The position numbers and the translations under genes were made by a program. Shown piece after piece: positions 1 to 9,153 of a stretch of DNA of 64,000 nucleotides. The notes under the pieces are model-generated. The model had not been told where the DNA came from, searched no databases, and saw only the letters and a program-made list of their open reading frames with translations. Location: positions 1 to 64,000 of the IMG/VR virus record IMGVR_UViG_3300018962_000001; one strand, written 5' to 3'. Every line of letters starts with the position of its first letter. Positions within the stretch are counted from its first letter, which is position 1.

Positions 1-35
1 CAAGGGGGTATAGCAGCGACCACGCAGGTCGTGTG

Positions 36-425
36 CTACGTGCCTGACCGCTCCGCCTCGGTTGCGTCGGTCACGGTGCCCTCGCCGCCGCAGCGGTTGC
101 AGATCGTCTCCTCACAATGGCAGGGATGCGACACCTCGCCCTGGTCACACCAGCAAGTCTCGCTATCGCAGGGTTCGTCACCGTCAACCGGATGAATCAC
201 CGTGCGGCCTGCGCAAGCCGGGCAGGGGATCGGGCCGTGGGCGGCTTCATGGGCGTGCGCGGCGGCCTTATCGATCGCCGCGTACTCCAGCCCCCAGACA
301 TCGGCAAAGGCGCGCAGATCGCGTACGATAGCCGCGACTGCCTCCGGCAGCGGCAGATCGCCATAGGCGGTATTCATCGCGGCTGCCGCGCGGTCGGCGG
401 CAGCTTGTAAGCGTGCATCAGGCAT
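36..425 (-). CDS. hypothetical protein with Cys-rich, DnaJ-like Zn finger
   Basis: CPACAG...CWCDQG...CNRCGGEG; RBS gaaagga and promoter at 450-477 upstream. Confidence 0.65.
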   Translation of the reverse strand: MPDARLQAAADRAAAAMNTAYGDLPLPEAVAAIVRDLRAFADVWGLEYAAIDKAAAHAHEAAHGPIPCPACAGRTVIHPVDGDEPCDSETCWCDQGEVSHPCHCEETICNRCGGEGTVTDATEAERSGT

Positions 426-449
426 GGCCGGTATCCTTTCGTTTCGTTC

Positions 450-477
450 AGCTTAGCAAAACCACCGGATATGTCAA
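450..477 (-). promoter_or_regulatory. sigma70-like promoter
   Basis: TTGACA-16-TAAGCT on minus strand. Confidence 0.65.
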
Positions 478-483
478 GGGGTT

Positions 484-741
484 TTAAGAGCGACCGTTCG
501 CACGTTCCGCACCGAAGCGTTCCGCTGCCAGGTTGTACAGGCGCGTGTAGGGATTCTGCGCCGAGAAGGTCACGAATGAACTGGTGACGGAGATCCCGTC
601 ATGGCGGCAGGCCGCTTCCCACACCGCCCGGTGCGTTTTGGACCAATTAATCCGGCTACCCGTCACGATCAACAAGGCTCCGAAGGATTCACGCTGGCGT
701 TTTGTAAGCGGTCGCGGCTGGCTCGTTGGAGTGTTCATCAT
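484..741 (-). CDS. hypothetical protein (paralogue of 17929-18228)
   Basis: RBS gaaagga before MMNTP; shared W..AC..DGI....V.FS..NP motif. Confidence 0.65.
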   Translation of the reverse strand: MMNTPTSQPRPLTKRQRESFGALLIVTGSRINWSKTHRAVWEAACRHDGISVTSSFVTFSAQNPYTRLYNLAAERFGAERANGRS

Positions 742-789
742 CAGATTCCTTTCGCGCTCGGCGATCCCGCCGGTGGTGTGCATGGATGC

Positions 790-818
790 AGCTTACAGGT
801 GGTCGGCTACGAAGTCAA
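790..818 (-). promoter_or_regulatory. sigma70-like promoter
   Basis: TTGACT-17-TAAGCT. Confidence 0.7.
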
Positions 819-973
819 GGGGTCACAATACTGTTGATGGCTCGGATGCGAGCCACCGCCGCATCCGAGCCGCGTCCAGGCGACAGGACCAGCACCCGTG
901 TCCATCTCCCCAAGCGCACGTACGGCCAACCAGCGATTCTGAGGCAACCGCAGCCCTGGTCGGTAATACCCCC

Positions 974-1002
974 TTGACAAGCGCTGTATCATGCGCTATG
1001 CT
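974..1002 (+). promoter_or_regulatory. sigma70-like promoter
   Basis: TTGACA-17-TATGCT with GCGC before the -10. Confidence 0.75.
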
Positions 1003-1026
1003 TGGCATAGCTGACAGGAGGACTCA

Positions 1027-1401
1027 ATGGCCCGTATAACCGCAGACATGAAGGCATTTAGCCATCATGGATCGTCCGTGTATCGCGATCGCGTGCCGAT
1101 CGCGGCAGCCGATGAGGTTCTTTTTGGCATTTATCGCCAGAGTTCCATTCACGAGATGGCAATCCGCTGGTATCGCCACGGACGTGAACCCCTGGTTGCC
1201 AGGCTGGAAGCCTTCGCCGATAGCTGGGTGATGTTGACCGAGCTGGCGGAGGTGTTTAGCGCACTCCAACACCTCGCCCACACCCCGATCACCCCGGAGC
1301 AGGTGTGTGATCTCCTCCGATCGCACGGATTTGTTGATCGCACGCCTCGGCAGGAAGCACGCCTCGCCTCAAAAGCTATGAAGGACATCGATCATGGATG
1401 A
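1027..1401 (+). CDS. hypothetical protein
   Basis: RBS aggagg, directly downstream of promoter. Confidence 0.75.
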   Translation: MARITADMKAFSHHGSSVYRDRVPIAAADEVLFGIYRQSSIHEMAIRWYRHGREPLVARLEAFADSWVMLTELAEVFSALQHLAHTPITPEQVCDLLRSHGFVDRTPRQEARLASKAMKDIDHG

Positions 1402-1915
1402 CAAGACGACCGACGCCGCGTTCGAGGACATTCTGCGCCGCGTGCGCGCACGCGATGTAGCGCACGAGCAGCAGATTCGCGATCCCTTCACTCAACTGGC
1501 GGTTGCCCTGGGGCAGTCGCAACATGGCCGTGGATCGCATCGCTACTTCTACCATACGACCAATCCCGACGCCGTGCTCGCGTATAGCCATTACAGCGAC
1601 CCACTGTTTAACCGGGAACGGGGAATTTGTATCTATGGAGCCGACGCGGGTAATCTGACGTGGGTCTATGCCGACCGGCTGCTGCATGCCGATCCTGACA
1701 AATCAGACGCGGCCTGGAAGCAGGCGGTCGAACAGCATGGCAAGGAGCGCACCGCTCGCCGGATCGAAACCTATCTCCGCCTCTACTTTGAGCGTTCCCT
1801 AACACTCGCGTGTATCATCAGTGGGACCCAACAGAGTAATGGGTATCCCTGGTATGCCTACGGCATCCGCTTCCTCAGCGACCAACCAACCCCGCCCGAT
1901 CCGCCCACGGACTAA
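1394..1915 (+). CDS. hypothetical protein
   Basis: RBS aagga; overlaps upstream stop by 8 nt. Confidence 0.7.
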   Translation: MDDKTTDAAFEDILRRVRARDVAHEQQIRDPFTQLAVALGQSQHGRGSHRYFYHTTNPDAVLAYSHYSDPLFNRERGICIYGADAGNLTWVYADRLLHADPDKSDAAWKQAVEQHGKERTARRIETYLRLYFERSLTLACIISGTQQSNGYPWYAYGIRFLSDQPTPPDPPTD

Positions 1916-1922
1916 CCCCACA

Positions 1923-1966
1923 TACGCGCAGATTCACGCAAACCTTTCTGCGTGAATCTGCGCGTA
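1923..1966. terminator. 18-bp perfect inverted repeat (terminator-like hairpin)
   Basis: tacgcgcagattcacgca-N8-tgcgtgaatctgcgcgta right after the 1915 stop; no U tract. Confidence 0.55.
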
Positions 1967-1998
1967 CGGCCCACCAGAGCATTGGAGGAATCCCGTTT

Positions 1999-2325
1999 AT
2001 GTTTGCCTACGAGCGGTCATCGAATCCCCTTGATCCCCAGAATCCCCCAACGTACCGCGTGTATGAGCTGGTCAATGGGCGGCAGATCTGGCTCTGCCGG
2101 TCGAATGAGGAGGGAAATGCCCAGCGAATCGTCCGGCTGCTTAACCTGATCGTCGAGGTGGCCCAGGTCGTACGGGCCTATGCTGACCGCGATCTTCCAT
2201 CTGAAGTCTGTCTCTCACTTATCCAGACTCTCGTGCGGACGGCCAACGATCCGGCGGCGGCGGCGGGATCGACACGCGCCCAAGCGCTGCCTGAAGATCC
2301 TCCGCCCGATAGTGCTCCAGCGTGA
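1999..2325 (+). CDS. hypothetical protein
   Basis: RBS ggagga. Confidence 0.6.
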   Translation: MFAYERSSNPLDPQNPPTYRVYELVNGRQIWLCRSNEEGNAQRIVRLLNLIVEVAQVVRAYADRDLPSEVCLSLIQTLVRTANDPAAAAGSTRAQALPEDPPPDSAPA

Positions 2326-2494
2326 CGGAATGCACCACGCGCCCATCGGCCACATTCACCGTGTCAAAGCGCAGGTTGGTATTCGGCATCTGCCAGACCT
2401 GGAGGCGGCGCTGCACCTCGTTGGCCCAGGCATCAAAGATCAACACCGCGCCGCCTGGGTCGCGATCTCCGATCGCACGCCACTGCATGGTCAT
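2219..2494 (-). CDS. hypothetical protein
   Basis: ATGA-coupled to 2491 ORF; convergent overlap with 1999-2325 lowers confidence. Confidence 0.45.
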   Translation of the reverse strand: MTMQWRAIGDRDPGGAVLIFDAWANEVQRRLQVWQMPNTNLRFDTVNVADGRVVHSVTLEHYRAEDLQAALGRVSIPPPPPDRWPSARESG

Positions 2495-2775
2495 GCGGAT
2501 TCCCCTTTCTGGCGGATCGGTGGTACGGCCAGTGGGCCATTCTCATGGAATCGCCGAGGTCGCCACTCGCGTACATGACGAAACCGAAGGTGCGGAGCTG
2601 CCTGCTGTATCGAGTCAAGATCATCAGGATGGCAGATCAGGAACTCCGGTCCAATGGTCGACTCTGGTATGATCAGCACCTTCCCTGGAATGGCGTGATC
2701 CCAGGTCGCATACCAGATCGTGACGAGATCGAGGAGGGTCCGGTAGGTGTCCAGAATCGAGTCAAGCGTTTGCAT
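2491..2775 (-). CDS. hypothetical protein
   Basis: RBS gaggag before MQTLDS. Confidence 0.6.
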   Translation of the reverse strand: MQTLDSILDTYRTLLDLVTIWYATWDHAIPGKVLIIPESTIGPEFLICHPDDLDSIQQAAPHLRFRHVREWRPRRFHENGPLAVPPIRQKGESA

Positions 2776-3010
2776 GCGGACCCTCCTCGATCGGACGAAT
2801 CGCCTCCAGCGCATCTTCGATCTCGCGCCAGGCATCGGTCATACGACACCCGATCGATCCATCCGGGTAGTGCGTACAGGTAAACATCTGCGGCCAGGTG
2901 GCGGCTCCATCGCCTTCCCAGAAGAAACACGTCTGACACAGGATAAAGTCTAGATCGCCATACTGGTCAATTCGCTTGGGCAGGGAGGTTCGACAGATCG
3001 CACAACGCAT
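2762..3010 (-). CDS. small Cys-rich hypothetical protein
   Basis: CAIC...CQTC; ATGA overlap with upstream ORF. Confidence 0.6.
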   Translation of the reverse strand: MRCAICRTSLPKRIDQYGDLDFILCQTCFFWEGDGAATWPQMFTCTHYPDGSIGCRMTDAWREIEDALEAIRPIEEGPHANA

Positions 3011-3471
3011 CACGCATCCTTCCCACAGACCGCACACCAATTACGGAAGCGGCCATATATTTTCATGCCGACACGATGCCCGCAGCGGAGCGTTGGCCCA
3101 GATCCATCCCAGCACTGGTCGAGCGTCTGAAGCACCTGCTTCGTTAAGTCGATGTGCCGCCGTTCCTCATCCGAAAGATCCTCAGGAATGGGGCGACGCC
3201 CTTCTGCCATTTCATAGAGTTCGTCTGCGCGATCGGTGGTGATGTCCATGTCGACTCCAGTCGGTGAATAGCGCACGACCCGCCGTGCGTGGAGCACCGC
3301 CGCGCGGGTCGAACATCCGGCGCGGCGAAAGATCGTCACGAGATCAAGATCGCCAAAGTCCCCCCGCGCAACGCGGGACGCCGTGAGCATCCCAACATAG
3401 GTGAGATGATCCAGTCGCCACGCCAGGTGTGCCCGCTGGTCTGTGGTCAGTTGGGAAAGATACCGATGCAT
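3010..3471 (-). CDS. hypothetical protein
   Basis: first gene after the minus-strand promoter at 3493-3521. Confidence 0.65.
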   Translation of the reverse strand: MHRYLSQLTTDQRAHLAWRLDHLTYVGMLTASRVARGDFGDLDLVTIFRRAGCSTRAAVLHARRVVRYSPTGVDMDITTDRADELYEMAEGRRPIPEDLSDEERRHIDLTKQVLQTLDQCWDGSGPTLRCGHRVGMKIYGRFRNWCAVCGKDA

Positions 3472-3492
3472 GGCGTTCTCGCTGTCGCGTTG

Positions 3493-3521
3493 ATCTTAGC
3501 GCATCATACCGCGCGTGTCAA
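3493..3521 (-). promoter_or_regulatory. sigma70-like promoter directly after terL stop
   Basis: TTGACA-17-TAAGAT, GCGC before the -10. Confidence 0.75.
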
Positions 3522-3524
3522 GGA

Positions 3525-4949
3525 CTAGAGTCCGACAAAATCTTGGAGGGCGTCGGCAATGTCCTCGTCCAGGGGATCAATGGATTGAGCATCACCATCG
3601 AGATAATTGCAGAGGTAGCGAGTCGTGTCCATCCCGTGGTCATTTTCCTTGATCGGTACTTCTCGCACGGGCCGCCCTTCTCGACCTTGTGGATACACAT
3701 AGAGATCGAATTCCTGGGTGGTTTCCCACGGATGGTTCTTTTTCTCAAGCTCATCATCTTTCTCGACCAGGGCATAATCAAGAAAAAAGAGCCGGGGGCG
3801 CTTATCGCCCGCAACGCGCAGACGACCCTGCACTTTTTGAATCCCGATCTCAATGCGTTTGTCAGCGGGAATATTGGGAATGCCCTCGGCCTCCAGGGTT
3901 TCCCGGCCTTCGCGATCCCAGTCGCAGATAGTGGTTTCAATCGACTCGCCCTCGCTGAGCGCCACAATCAACTTTGCGTGATCGGACACGAGCCGCTGGC
4001 TCATGTAGATCTCGCGGTAGCGGTACGCACGGCCATCCGGGTCAATCGCCCACCACTGACAGACGAATGGGTGCATGAACCCAAAGTCGATGACGCGGAT
4101 ACGTCGCCACTCACGCGGAATCGGGTAGTCGCTGGGCAAGGTGTGGACACCACGTTGAAACTCATACACCGCCCCTTCGGCAGCGACCCATCGCCCATAG
4201 CGCAGGCGATCTTTGCGCACGCCAGTCAACCGATCCAACCGGGCGATGTAGAGTTCTCCGTAGGGCGTCCAGTGCTCCTCGATCTGATTCCACAAGCGCG
4301 GATTGTCGGTGTGCTGTGCGGCGATCATCCGACAGTCTCCGCGATCGCAGCGTTGTTTCAACCAGTGCGTGGGCGGACCGGGGTTACAATCGGCCATGAT
4401 TTGCTGATAGTCCGCCATCCCGTTGCGCAACCGGGTAGTCAGCGACTCCCAATCCTCGGCGGTCAGCTCGGTGGCTTCCTGGACGTAAATAAAATCGTAC
4501 TCGGTCGACATGATCTTGGTGGATTTGTCGATGCCGCCGACATTAAGCATGGAGCCGTTCGGATAGCGATAGCTCTGGCGAATATTGCGCTGCCGGGTGC
4601 CAGCCAGGGGATGGCCGGGTCCCAGCACATGATCTTCAAAGGTTTGGAGCGCGGATTCAGACACGGATTCGCGCGTTTTACGGATGATCAGCCCGCGCGA
4701 TCGGGGATAGCGACGCCCCAGCAACCAGTGGAGCTTTTCCAGGGCCGCACGACTCTTGCCGGTGCCTGCCGGACCACTTAAGAGGACTTCGGGATCACGC
4801 GATTCTTTGAGATCCCACGCCGCGCCATACGGGTGATACTGGCGGTGCTGCGCGCCCTCTTTACGCTTCTGCTCCAGCGTGGCCCGCGCCACATTGCGCG
4901 GCGTCCACCGGGGCAGGGCCGGTTGTTTGGGAGATGATCCGATCGCCAC
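3525..4949 (-). CDS. terL: phage terminase large subunit (PBSX/Terminase_6-like)
   Basis: Walker A GPAGTGKS, Walker B YVQEATE, DCNPG motif, nuclease motifs IDFGFMHP and ENDHGMDTTRY. Confidence 0.95.
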   Translation of the reverse strand: MAIGSSPKQPALPRWTPRNVARATLEQKRKEGAQHRQYHPYGAAWDLKESRDPEVLLSGPAGTGKSRAALEKLHWLLGRRYPRSRGLIIRKTRESVSESALQTFEDHVLGPGHPLAGTRQRNIRQSYRYPNGSMLNVGGIDKSTKIMSTEYDFIYVQEATELTAEDWESLTTRLRNGMADYQQIMADCNPGPPTHWLKQRCDRGDCRMIAAQHTDNPRLWNQIEEHWTPYGELYIARLDRLTGVRKDRLRYGRWVAAEGAVYEFQRGVHTLPSDYPIPREWRRIRVIDFGFMHPFVCQWWAIDPDGRAYRYREIYMSQRLVSDHAKLIVALSEGESIETTICDWDREGRETLEAEGIPNIPADKRIEIGIQKVQGRLRVAGDKRPRLFFLDYALVEKDDELEKKNHPWETTQEFDLYVYPQGREGRPVREVPIKENDHGMDTTRYLCNYLDGDAQSIDPLDEDIADALQDFVGL

Positions 4950-4974
4950 AACGATTCATTCTTGGGGGGCGTGG

Positions 4975-5535
4975 TTAAGGAAGGCTCGGCTCGTCTGCCT
5001 GGTCCCACGTGGGAGCCATCGGATCAGACGACCAATCAACGTCAATAATGTCACCGGCCATCGCGCCCTCAATGTCGGGCGGCACCTGGCGGGTGCGTAA
5101 GTAGAACTGGATCTGTTCGGGAGTCCACGTCGAGAAGTCATACTCCACGGTGATCGCCTGCGGCAAGTTCAGGCCCATCAGTCGGGCACGTTGCTCCTCG
5201 ATCTTCAACACCCGATCGATCGCGCCCAATTCGCCTTTCTTGGCGCGGACATAGACCGCCTTAATCATCTCGTCGAACCGGGCATTGACCAGTTCGCGGA
5301 GGTCATCAACGGTTTCCGCGCGGCGCTCCTCCATAATGCGCTGATACAGCCGCCGTGGGCCGGACTCATCGGCATACCCTAGCTGCTGCGCGATCTGGCT
5401 GAAGTTATAGCCCATCTTCCGCATCTCAAAGATACGATTGATTCGCGCATGCACCTCTACTTCGGCGGCACCGCGTGGACGACCCGGCTGGGGCAGGTGC
5501 GGGGGGGGATGGAGATCGTCGCTCATCGCGTTCAC
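4975..5535 (-). CDS. terS: terminase small subunit (HTH)
   Basis: HTH RKMGYNFSQIAQQLGY; AIDRVLKIEEQRARLMGL; immediately upstream of terL. Confidence 0.8.
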   Translation of the reverse strand: MNAMSDDLHPPPHLPQPGRPRGAAEVEVHARINRIFEMRKMGYNFSQIAQQLGYADESGPRRLYQRIMEERRAETVDDLRELVNARFDEMIKAVYVRAKKGELGAIDRVLKIEEQRARLMGLNLPQAITVEYDFSTWTPEQIQFYLRTRQVPPDIEGAMAGDIIDVDWSSDPMAPTWDQADEPSLP

Positions 5536-5544
5536 CTTTAACGC

Positions 5545-5949
5545 TTAGTAGGCGGGCAACTGGCTCAGATCCCGATCGCCCGGTTCATTCCACAGCCCAG
5601 GCGCGGGAAGGACAAAGGGGGGCTTGAATCCTAACGCTTCCAATAAATCATCCACCGACCGCGCCACGATCACCAGATGCCCGCGCTGTCGGAGATCGCG
5701 ATGCATGGCAACCTGGGCTGGAGAAAGACGGCCTTTTTTATACTTACACTCAACCCACACGACGCGGCCATCCAACAGGACGGCCATCACATCAGGCGTT
5801 CCAGGGGGGCACAATTCCACGTGCATCCGTTGCCCGCGAAGGTCCGTCCCATCAATTGCCCCCGAGTTAAGCCGAAACACCAGGCAGCCGAGTGTTTGGA
5901 GCGCTTCGATGATCGCGCGTTGGACTGCCGTTTCTTTTCCTTTCGCCAC
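5545..5949 (-). CDS. VRR-NUC domain nuclease (PD-(D/E)xK)
   Basis: ETAVQRAI...GTPDVM...VWVECKYKKGRLSPAQ. Confidence 0.85.
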   Translation of the reverse strand: MAKGKETAVQRAIIEALQTLGCLVFRLNSGAIDGTDLRGQRMHVELCPPGTPDVMAVLLDGRVVWVECKYKKGRLSPAQVAMHRDLRQRGHLVIVARSVDDLLEALGFKPPFVLPAPGLWNEPGDRDLSQLPAY

Positions 5950-6045
5950 CGTGCCACCCTCTCCCGATTCCCGCCTGCGTGCTCAATGGGTTGACCTCAG
6001 CAGGTATCGTACCATATCCGACAAGGGTTGTCAGCCGGAGGGATT

Positions 6046-6270
6046 TCAATCGACAACATTTGGCTCGAACCGACCCTCGCGCCGCATCTGGATCTTCTCG
6101 CGAATCGTGCCCAGCATGATGGCTGCATGACGGTGTTTCTCGAACGCGATGCGATCTTCACGCGCCAGGAGGAGACGCGCACAGGTCATTTCCGCATCCT
6201 CCAGGGCGCGGATCTGCGCAAGACACGCATCCAATTCTCGAAGAATCAACTCATCAGCAACCGACAGCAT
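6046..6270 (-). CDS. hypothetical protein
   Basis: RBS gaaggagg before MLSVADE. Confidence 0.55.
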   Translation of the reverse strand: MLSVADELILRELDACLAQIRALEDAEMTCARLLLAREDRIAFEKHRHAAIMLGTIREKIQMRREGRFEPNVVD

Positions 6271-6322
6271 CACGATCCCTCCTTCAAACTGGCGCACATC
6301 TGCATCTTGATCGGGGTAAGCG

Positions 6323-6868
6323 CTACGGGGTCGATTCCATAAGCACCGGCCCGTTGCAATGCGTATCCAGATCGATCGCAAGCTGGACCACCATGTGCAG
6401 CCGGTCCAGCGGCTCCGGTTCGGCGGCGGCGGCGTTCAGTGCCCAATAGGCTCCAGTCGCGTAATCGCAGCCGCACCCGATCGCGGCAAACGGTCCCTTA
6501 AGCAGAACCACCGATCCGTTGCCATCGATTCGATACAACCGCCCATCACAGCCCAGGAGGACATTGCCGGGTCGTTGATTGCCCTCGGCCAATCCATCGC
6601 GCTCCTTCAGCGCGGCATGAATGGCCGGACTATAGGTGACGACCAGATATGAAAATACCGCGTCGGGATCAGCGGGCAGATCCAAGGGGACCACATAGCG
6701 CAGAAGCTGGTTCAGCAGGTAGGTGCCGCTCGATCCAACGACCGCCCGATCCATCCTCCAGATCTTCGGCATCGCGGTTTTATCCAGCTCCGATTGTCCC
6801 ACCACGCCATACGAATCGGCAGCGATCGTCACGCCGCCAGCATGCACTAATCCAGCAATAATCGTCAT
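6323..6868 (-). CDS. Ntn-hydrolase, HslV/proteasome beta-like peptidase
   Basis: N-terminal (M)T, AADS, PKIW, AIGCG: matches the Thr1/Asp17/Lys33/Ser129 pattern with Cys at the last position. Confidence 0.8.
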   Translation of the reverse strand: MTIIAGLVHAGGVTIAADSYGVVGQSELDKTAMPKIWRMDRAVVGSSGTYLLNQLLRYVVPLDLPADPDAVFSYLVVTYSPAIHAALKERDGLAEGNQRPGNVLLGCDGRLYRIDGNGSVVLLKGPFAAIGCGCDYATGAYWALNAAAAEPEPLDRLHMVVQLAIDLDTHCNGPVLMESTP

Positions 6869-6886
6869 CTCGTCATGTTCCTTGTG

Positions 6887-7249
6887 TTAGGCGCAGATCG
6901 CCTGCTCGATGGGGATTCCGCCAACATCGCGCAACGCTTCATCCACTGCGCCCTGCGCAACGAGCGGCAGACCCTGCCGTGATTGCGGATGCACGGCCCA
7001 CCCTCGCCCTGGAGCCGTTCCGGTCAGCAAATACACGCGATACAAGGTCACGGGCTGGCGGCGGCAGGACGGATCAGCCCAGGTTGCCAGGAGATACGTA
7101 TAGCCATCCCCCTGTGGTTCCCACTGCACAATCAGCAGCCATAACCGAGCGCCTGACGGGACTAAGGGTTCAAGATCCGTGAGCAACGGTCCACCTACTT
7201 CATAGGCAGCAGCTTCTGTTGCAACCATTGGATGCGGATCATGGAACAT
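6887..7249 (-). CDS. hypothetical protein
   Basis: ORF in operon orientation, RBS aaagga. Confidence 0.55.
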   Translation of the reverse strand: MFHDPHPMVATEAAAYEVGGPLLTDLEPLVPSGARLWLLIVQWEPQGDGYTYLLATWADPSCRRQPVTLYRVYLLTGTAPGRGWAVHPQSRQGLPLVAQGAVDEALRDVGGIPIEQAICA

Positions 7250-7333
7250 AGCAGATCCTTTCTGGATAGGATGGGGAGGAGCGGGGGGGGAAGGAGACGC
7301 GGCGTGCCGGGGGGAGCGACACGCCGCGTTCGA

Positions 7334-7609
7334 TTAAGACTCGCTGATCACGCGCTGCACTTCGTCAGCGACCGCCTTGGCGATCGTGCGCCGATCCTTG
7401 CCCGTGAGATCCGGGCTGAGCCGTCCGTGCATCTGGCGTGCGGCATCGATGGGGACGGCAATCTGATCGGCAAGCTCGCGCGTGACGCGCGTGCCTCCGG
7501 CCTGAATGGTATCGGCAACCCGCGTGAGATCGCCCTGCCGGGATTCCCGCGCGGCGTCGGCAGCCTCCGTCGATTCTTTCAACGTGTACTGGTGGGTAAT
7601 CGGAACCAT
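7334..7609 (-). CDS. hypothetical protein
   Basis: RBS aaggag before MVPITHQ. Confidence 0.6.
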   Translation of the reverse strand: MVPITHQYTLKESTEAADAARESRQGDLTRVADTIQAGGTRVTRELADQIAVPIDAARQMHGRLSPDLTGKDRRTIAKAVADEVQRVISES

Positions 7610-7624
7610 CGTGCGCTCCTTGCG

Positions 7625-7657
7625 GGTGTGCCCGGACGGGTTCCGTCCGGGCACACC
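7625..7657. terminator. 15-bp perfect hairpin
   Basis: ggtgtgcccggacgg-gtt-ccgtccgggcacacc between the 7662 stop and the next RBS. Confidence 0.5.
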
Positions 7658-7661
7658 ACGG

Positions 7662-7937
7662 TTAACTCGCTGCGCGTTGATCGGCCCGGCGCGGCTGGGA
7701 GTCACGGAGGATCTGCAAGCGCTGCTGCGTGCGCGCCGCCTGAACTTCCGCAACCTGCGTTTGCAGGTCCTGAAGGATCGACACCAGATCATCCGTATCA
7801 ACCACCGCCGTTGAGGCGGGACACCGAATTTCGGTGCGACCATCCTCGCGCATCAACACTTCCACTTTTCCAACCCCGCGAGACGACGGGTAGGTCGCCT
7901 CAAGCACCGCTCCATGTGCTGCAAACTGGTCCGCCAT
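7662..7937 (-). CDS. hypothetical protein
   Basis: RBS aaggag before MADQFAA. Confidence 0.6.
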   Translation of the reverse strand: MADQFAAHGAVLEATYPSSRGVGKVEVLMREDGRTEIRCPASTAVVDTDDLVSILQDLQTQVAEVQAARTQQRLQILRDSQPRRADQRAAS

Positions 7938-8004
7938 AGCGTCACTCCTTGCACAGATCAAGTAGAACAGATGTGCGTATTGTAGCACACCGTCAGTCAT
8001 CTGA

Positions 8005-8931
8005 TCAACCGATTCGGATACTCGGCGGCGGCTCGCGATAGGCAGCTTCGTACGCATCGGCATCGGTGCGGCTCGTTGCCACGCGACGGCCTGGACGCGG
8101 CAACTCGATCGCGGTGAGCGCTTCGCCCCAGCGATCTTGGGCCAGCAGCGGATTGAGAGCGGACGCCGCCATTTTGAATCGCCCACCCGCTCCCTTGCCA
8201 CGCTGCACACTGTTGCCATGAAATCCCCAGGAATCATCGCCCCAGCTATTCGTGCCAAACAGGATCGGCTCGGAATCAGTTCCGACTTTCCCAAGATCAA
8301 CCCCATCTAAACACACGCAGTGCCCACCGACCACCCGCCCCGTCGCATGCAGGAATCCTTCGGCGTCCGTTTCGAGCATCCCCTCGTACCAATCCACGCC
8401 GATAACGACGCAGCCGAGGCCACCAAGCAGATGGTCGATCACCGGCTGAATCTCCCAGGCCCAAGTATACTCGCCAACCAGGGGGATCGGCTCCTGGTGG
8501 CGTGGGGGAATAGCCCGCAGCACCTTCTGGCAGGCTTTCGCCGCTGCCAGCACCGACGTACCGAAATGCAGGTCACCCGCATCATTTTGCGGCCACACAT
8601 CATGTTTACACGACTCGGTATAGATAGCATAGGGATCTGGCCCGGTGGGGGTAAAGGCATACCATCGCCCGGTGCCCAGCATGAACGGGCCACAATCGAG
8701 CTTCCACCGCATCCCATGCCCAACGCAGGTCCCGCCGCGCTGGGTATAGGCGCGTGGAGGGCGTTGATAGTGACGACGACGGACGGCAAAGCGGGGGCGC
8801 TCCGTGCCAAAGGCTGCCGCAATCCGTCGCCGCATCGGAAACTGCTCCGATGCGGGATCGAATTCACGGACGCGCCCGAAGCGATCGACGAACTGCGGAT
8901 CAATCTGATAGGGCGCTGGCCGATCGGTCAT
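8005..8931 (-). CDS. papain-like cysteine peptidase (C1 family)
   Basis: Q-x5-C in QRGGTCVGHG, His in GGHCVCLDG, NSWG. Confidence 0.85.
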   Translation of the reverse strand: MTDRPAPYQIDPQFVDRFGRVREFDPASEQFPMRRRIAAAFGTERPRFAVRRRHYQRPPRAYTQRGGTCVGHGMRWKLDCGPFMLGTGRWYAFTPTGPDPYAIYTESCKHDVWPQNDAGDLHFGTSVLAAAKACQKVLRAIPPRHQEPIPLVGEYTWAWEIQPVIDHLLGGLGCVVIGVDWYEGMLETDAEGFLHATGRVVGGHCVCLDGVDLGKVGTDSEPILFGTNSWGDDSWGFHGNSVQRGKGAGGRFKMAASALNPLLAQDRWGEALTAIELPRPGRRVATSRTDADAYEAAYREPPPSIRIG

Positions 8932-9116
8932 CGTCGCCTCCCACCACTCGTCGGAGGTTTCACGGGTCGGGTATGGGACGGCTCCACGCCCGGATCGGGC
9001 CGGGTATTCCCGACACTATGGGGCGTTCGTGGTTCCTGTGGGCCGCGTTCGGCATTGCGCGGGGGAGTGCCACGGGGGGTCGGCACGCGCTGATTCGGAT
9101 TTTGTTGCTTTGCCAT
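8928..9116 (-). CDS. small Pro/Arg-rich protein
   Basis: RBS gggagg; ATGA-coupled to the peptidase. Confidence 0.55.
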   Translation of the reverse strand: MAKQQNPNQRVPTPRGTPPRNAERGPQEPRTPHSVGNTRPDPGVEPSHTRPVKPPTSGGRRR

Positions 9117-9153
9117 TGCATCCTCCCTCGGTAGGTAGAGATAGCATACCATG

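Noticed and set aside
3429-4781. 450-aa plus-strand ORF
   Set aside because: Antisense shadow of terL; no motifs or RBS; long shadow ORFs are expected at this GC content.
7297-7329. 10-bp inverted repeat after the 7334 stop
   Set aside because: Short stem, 13-nt loop and no U tract; too weak to call a terminator.
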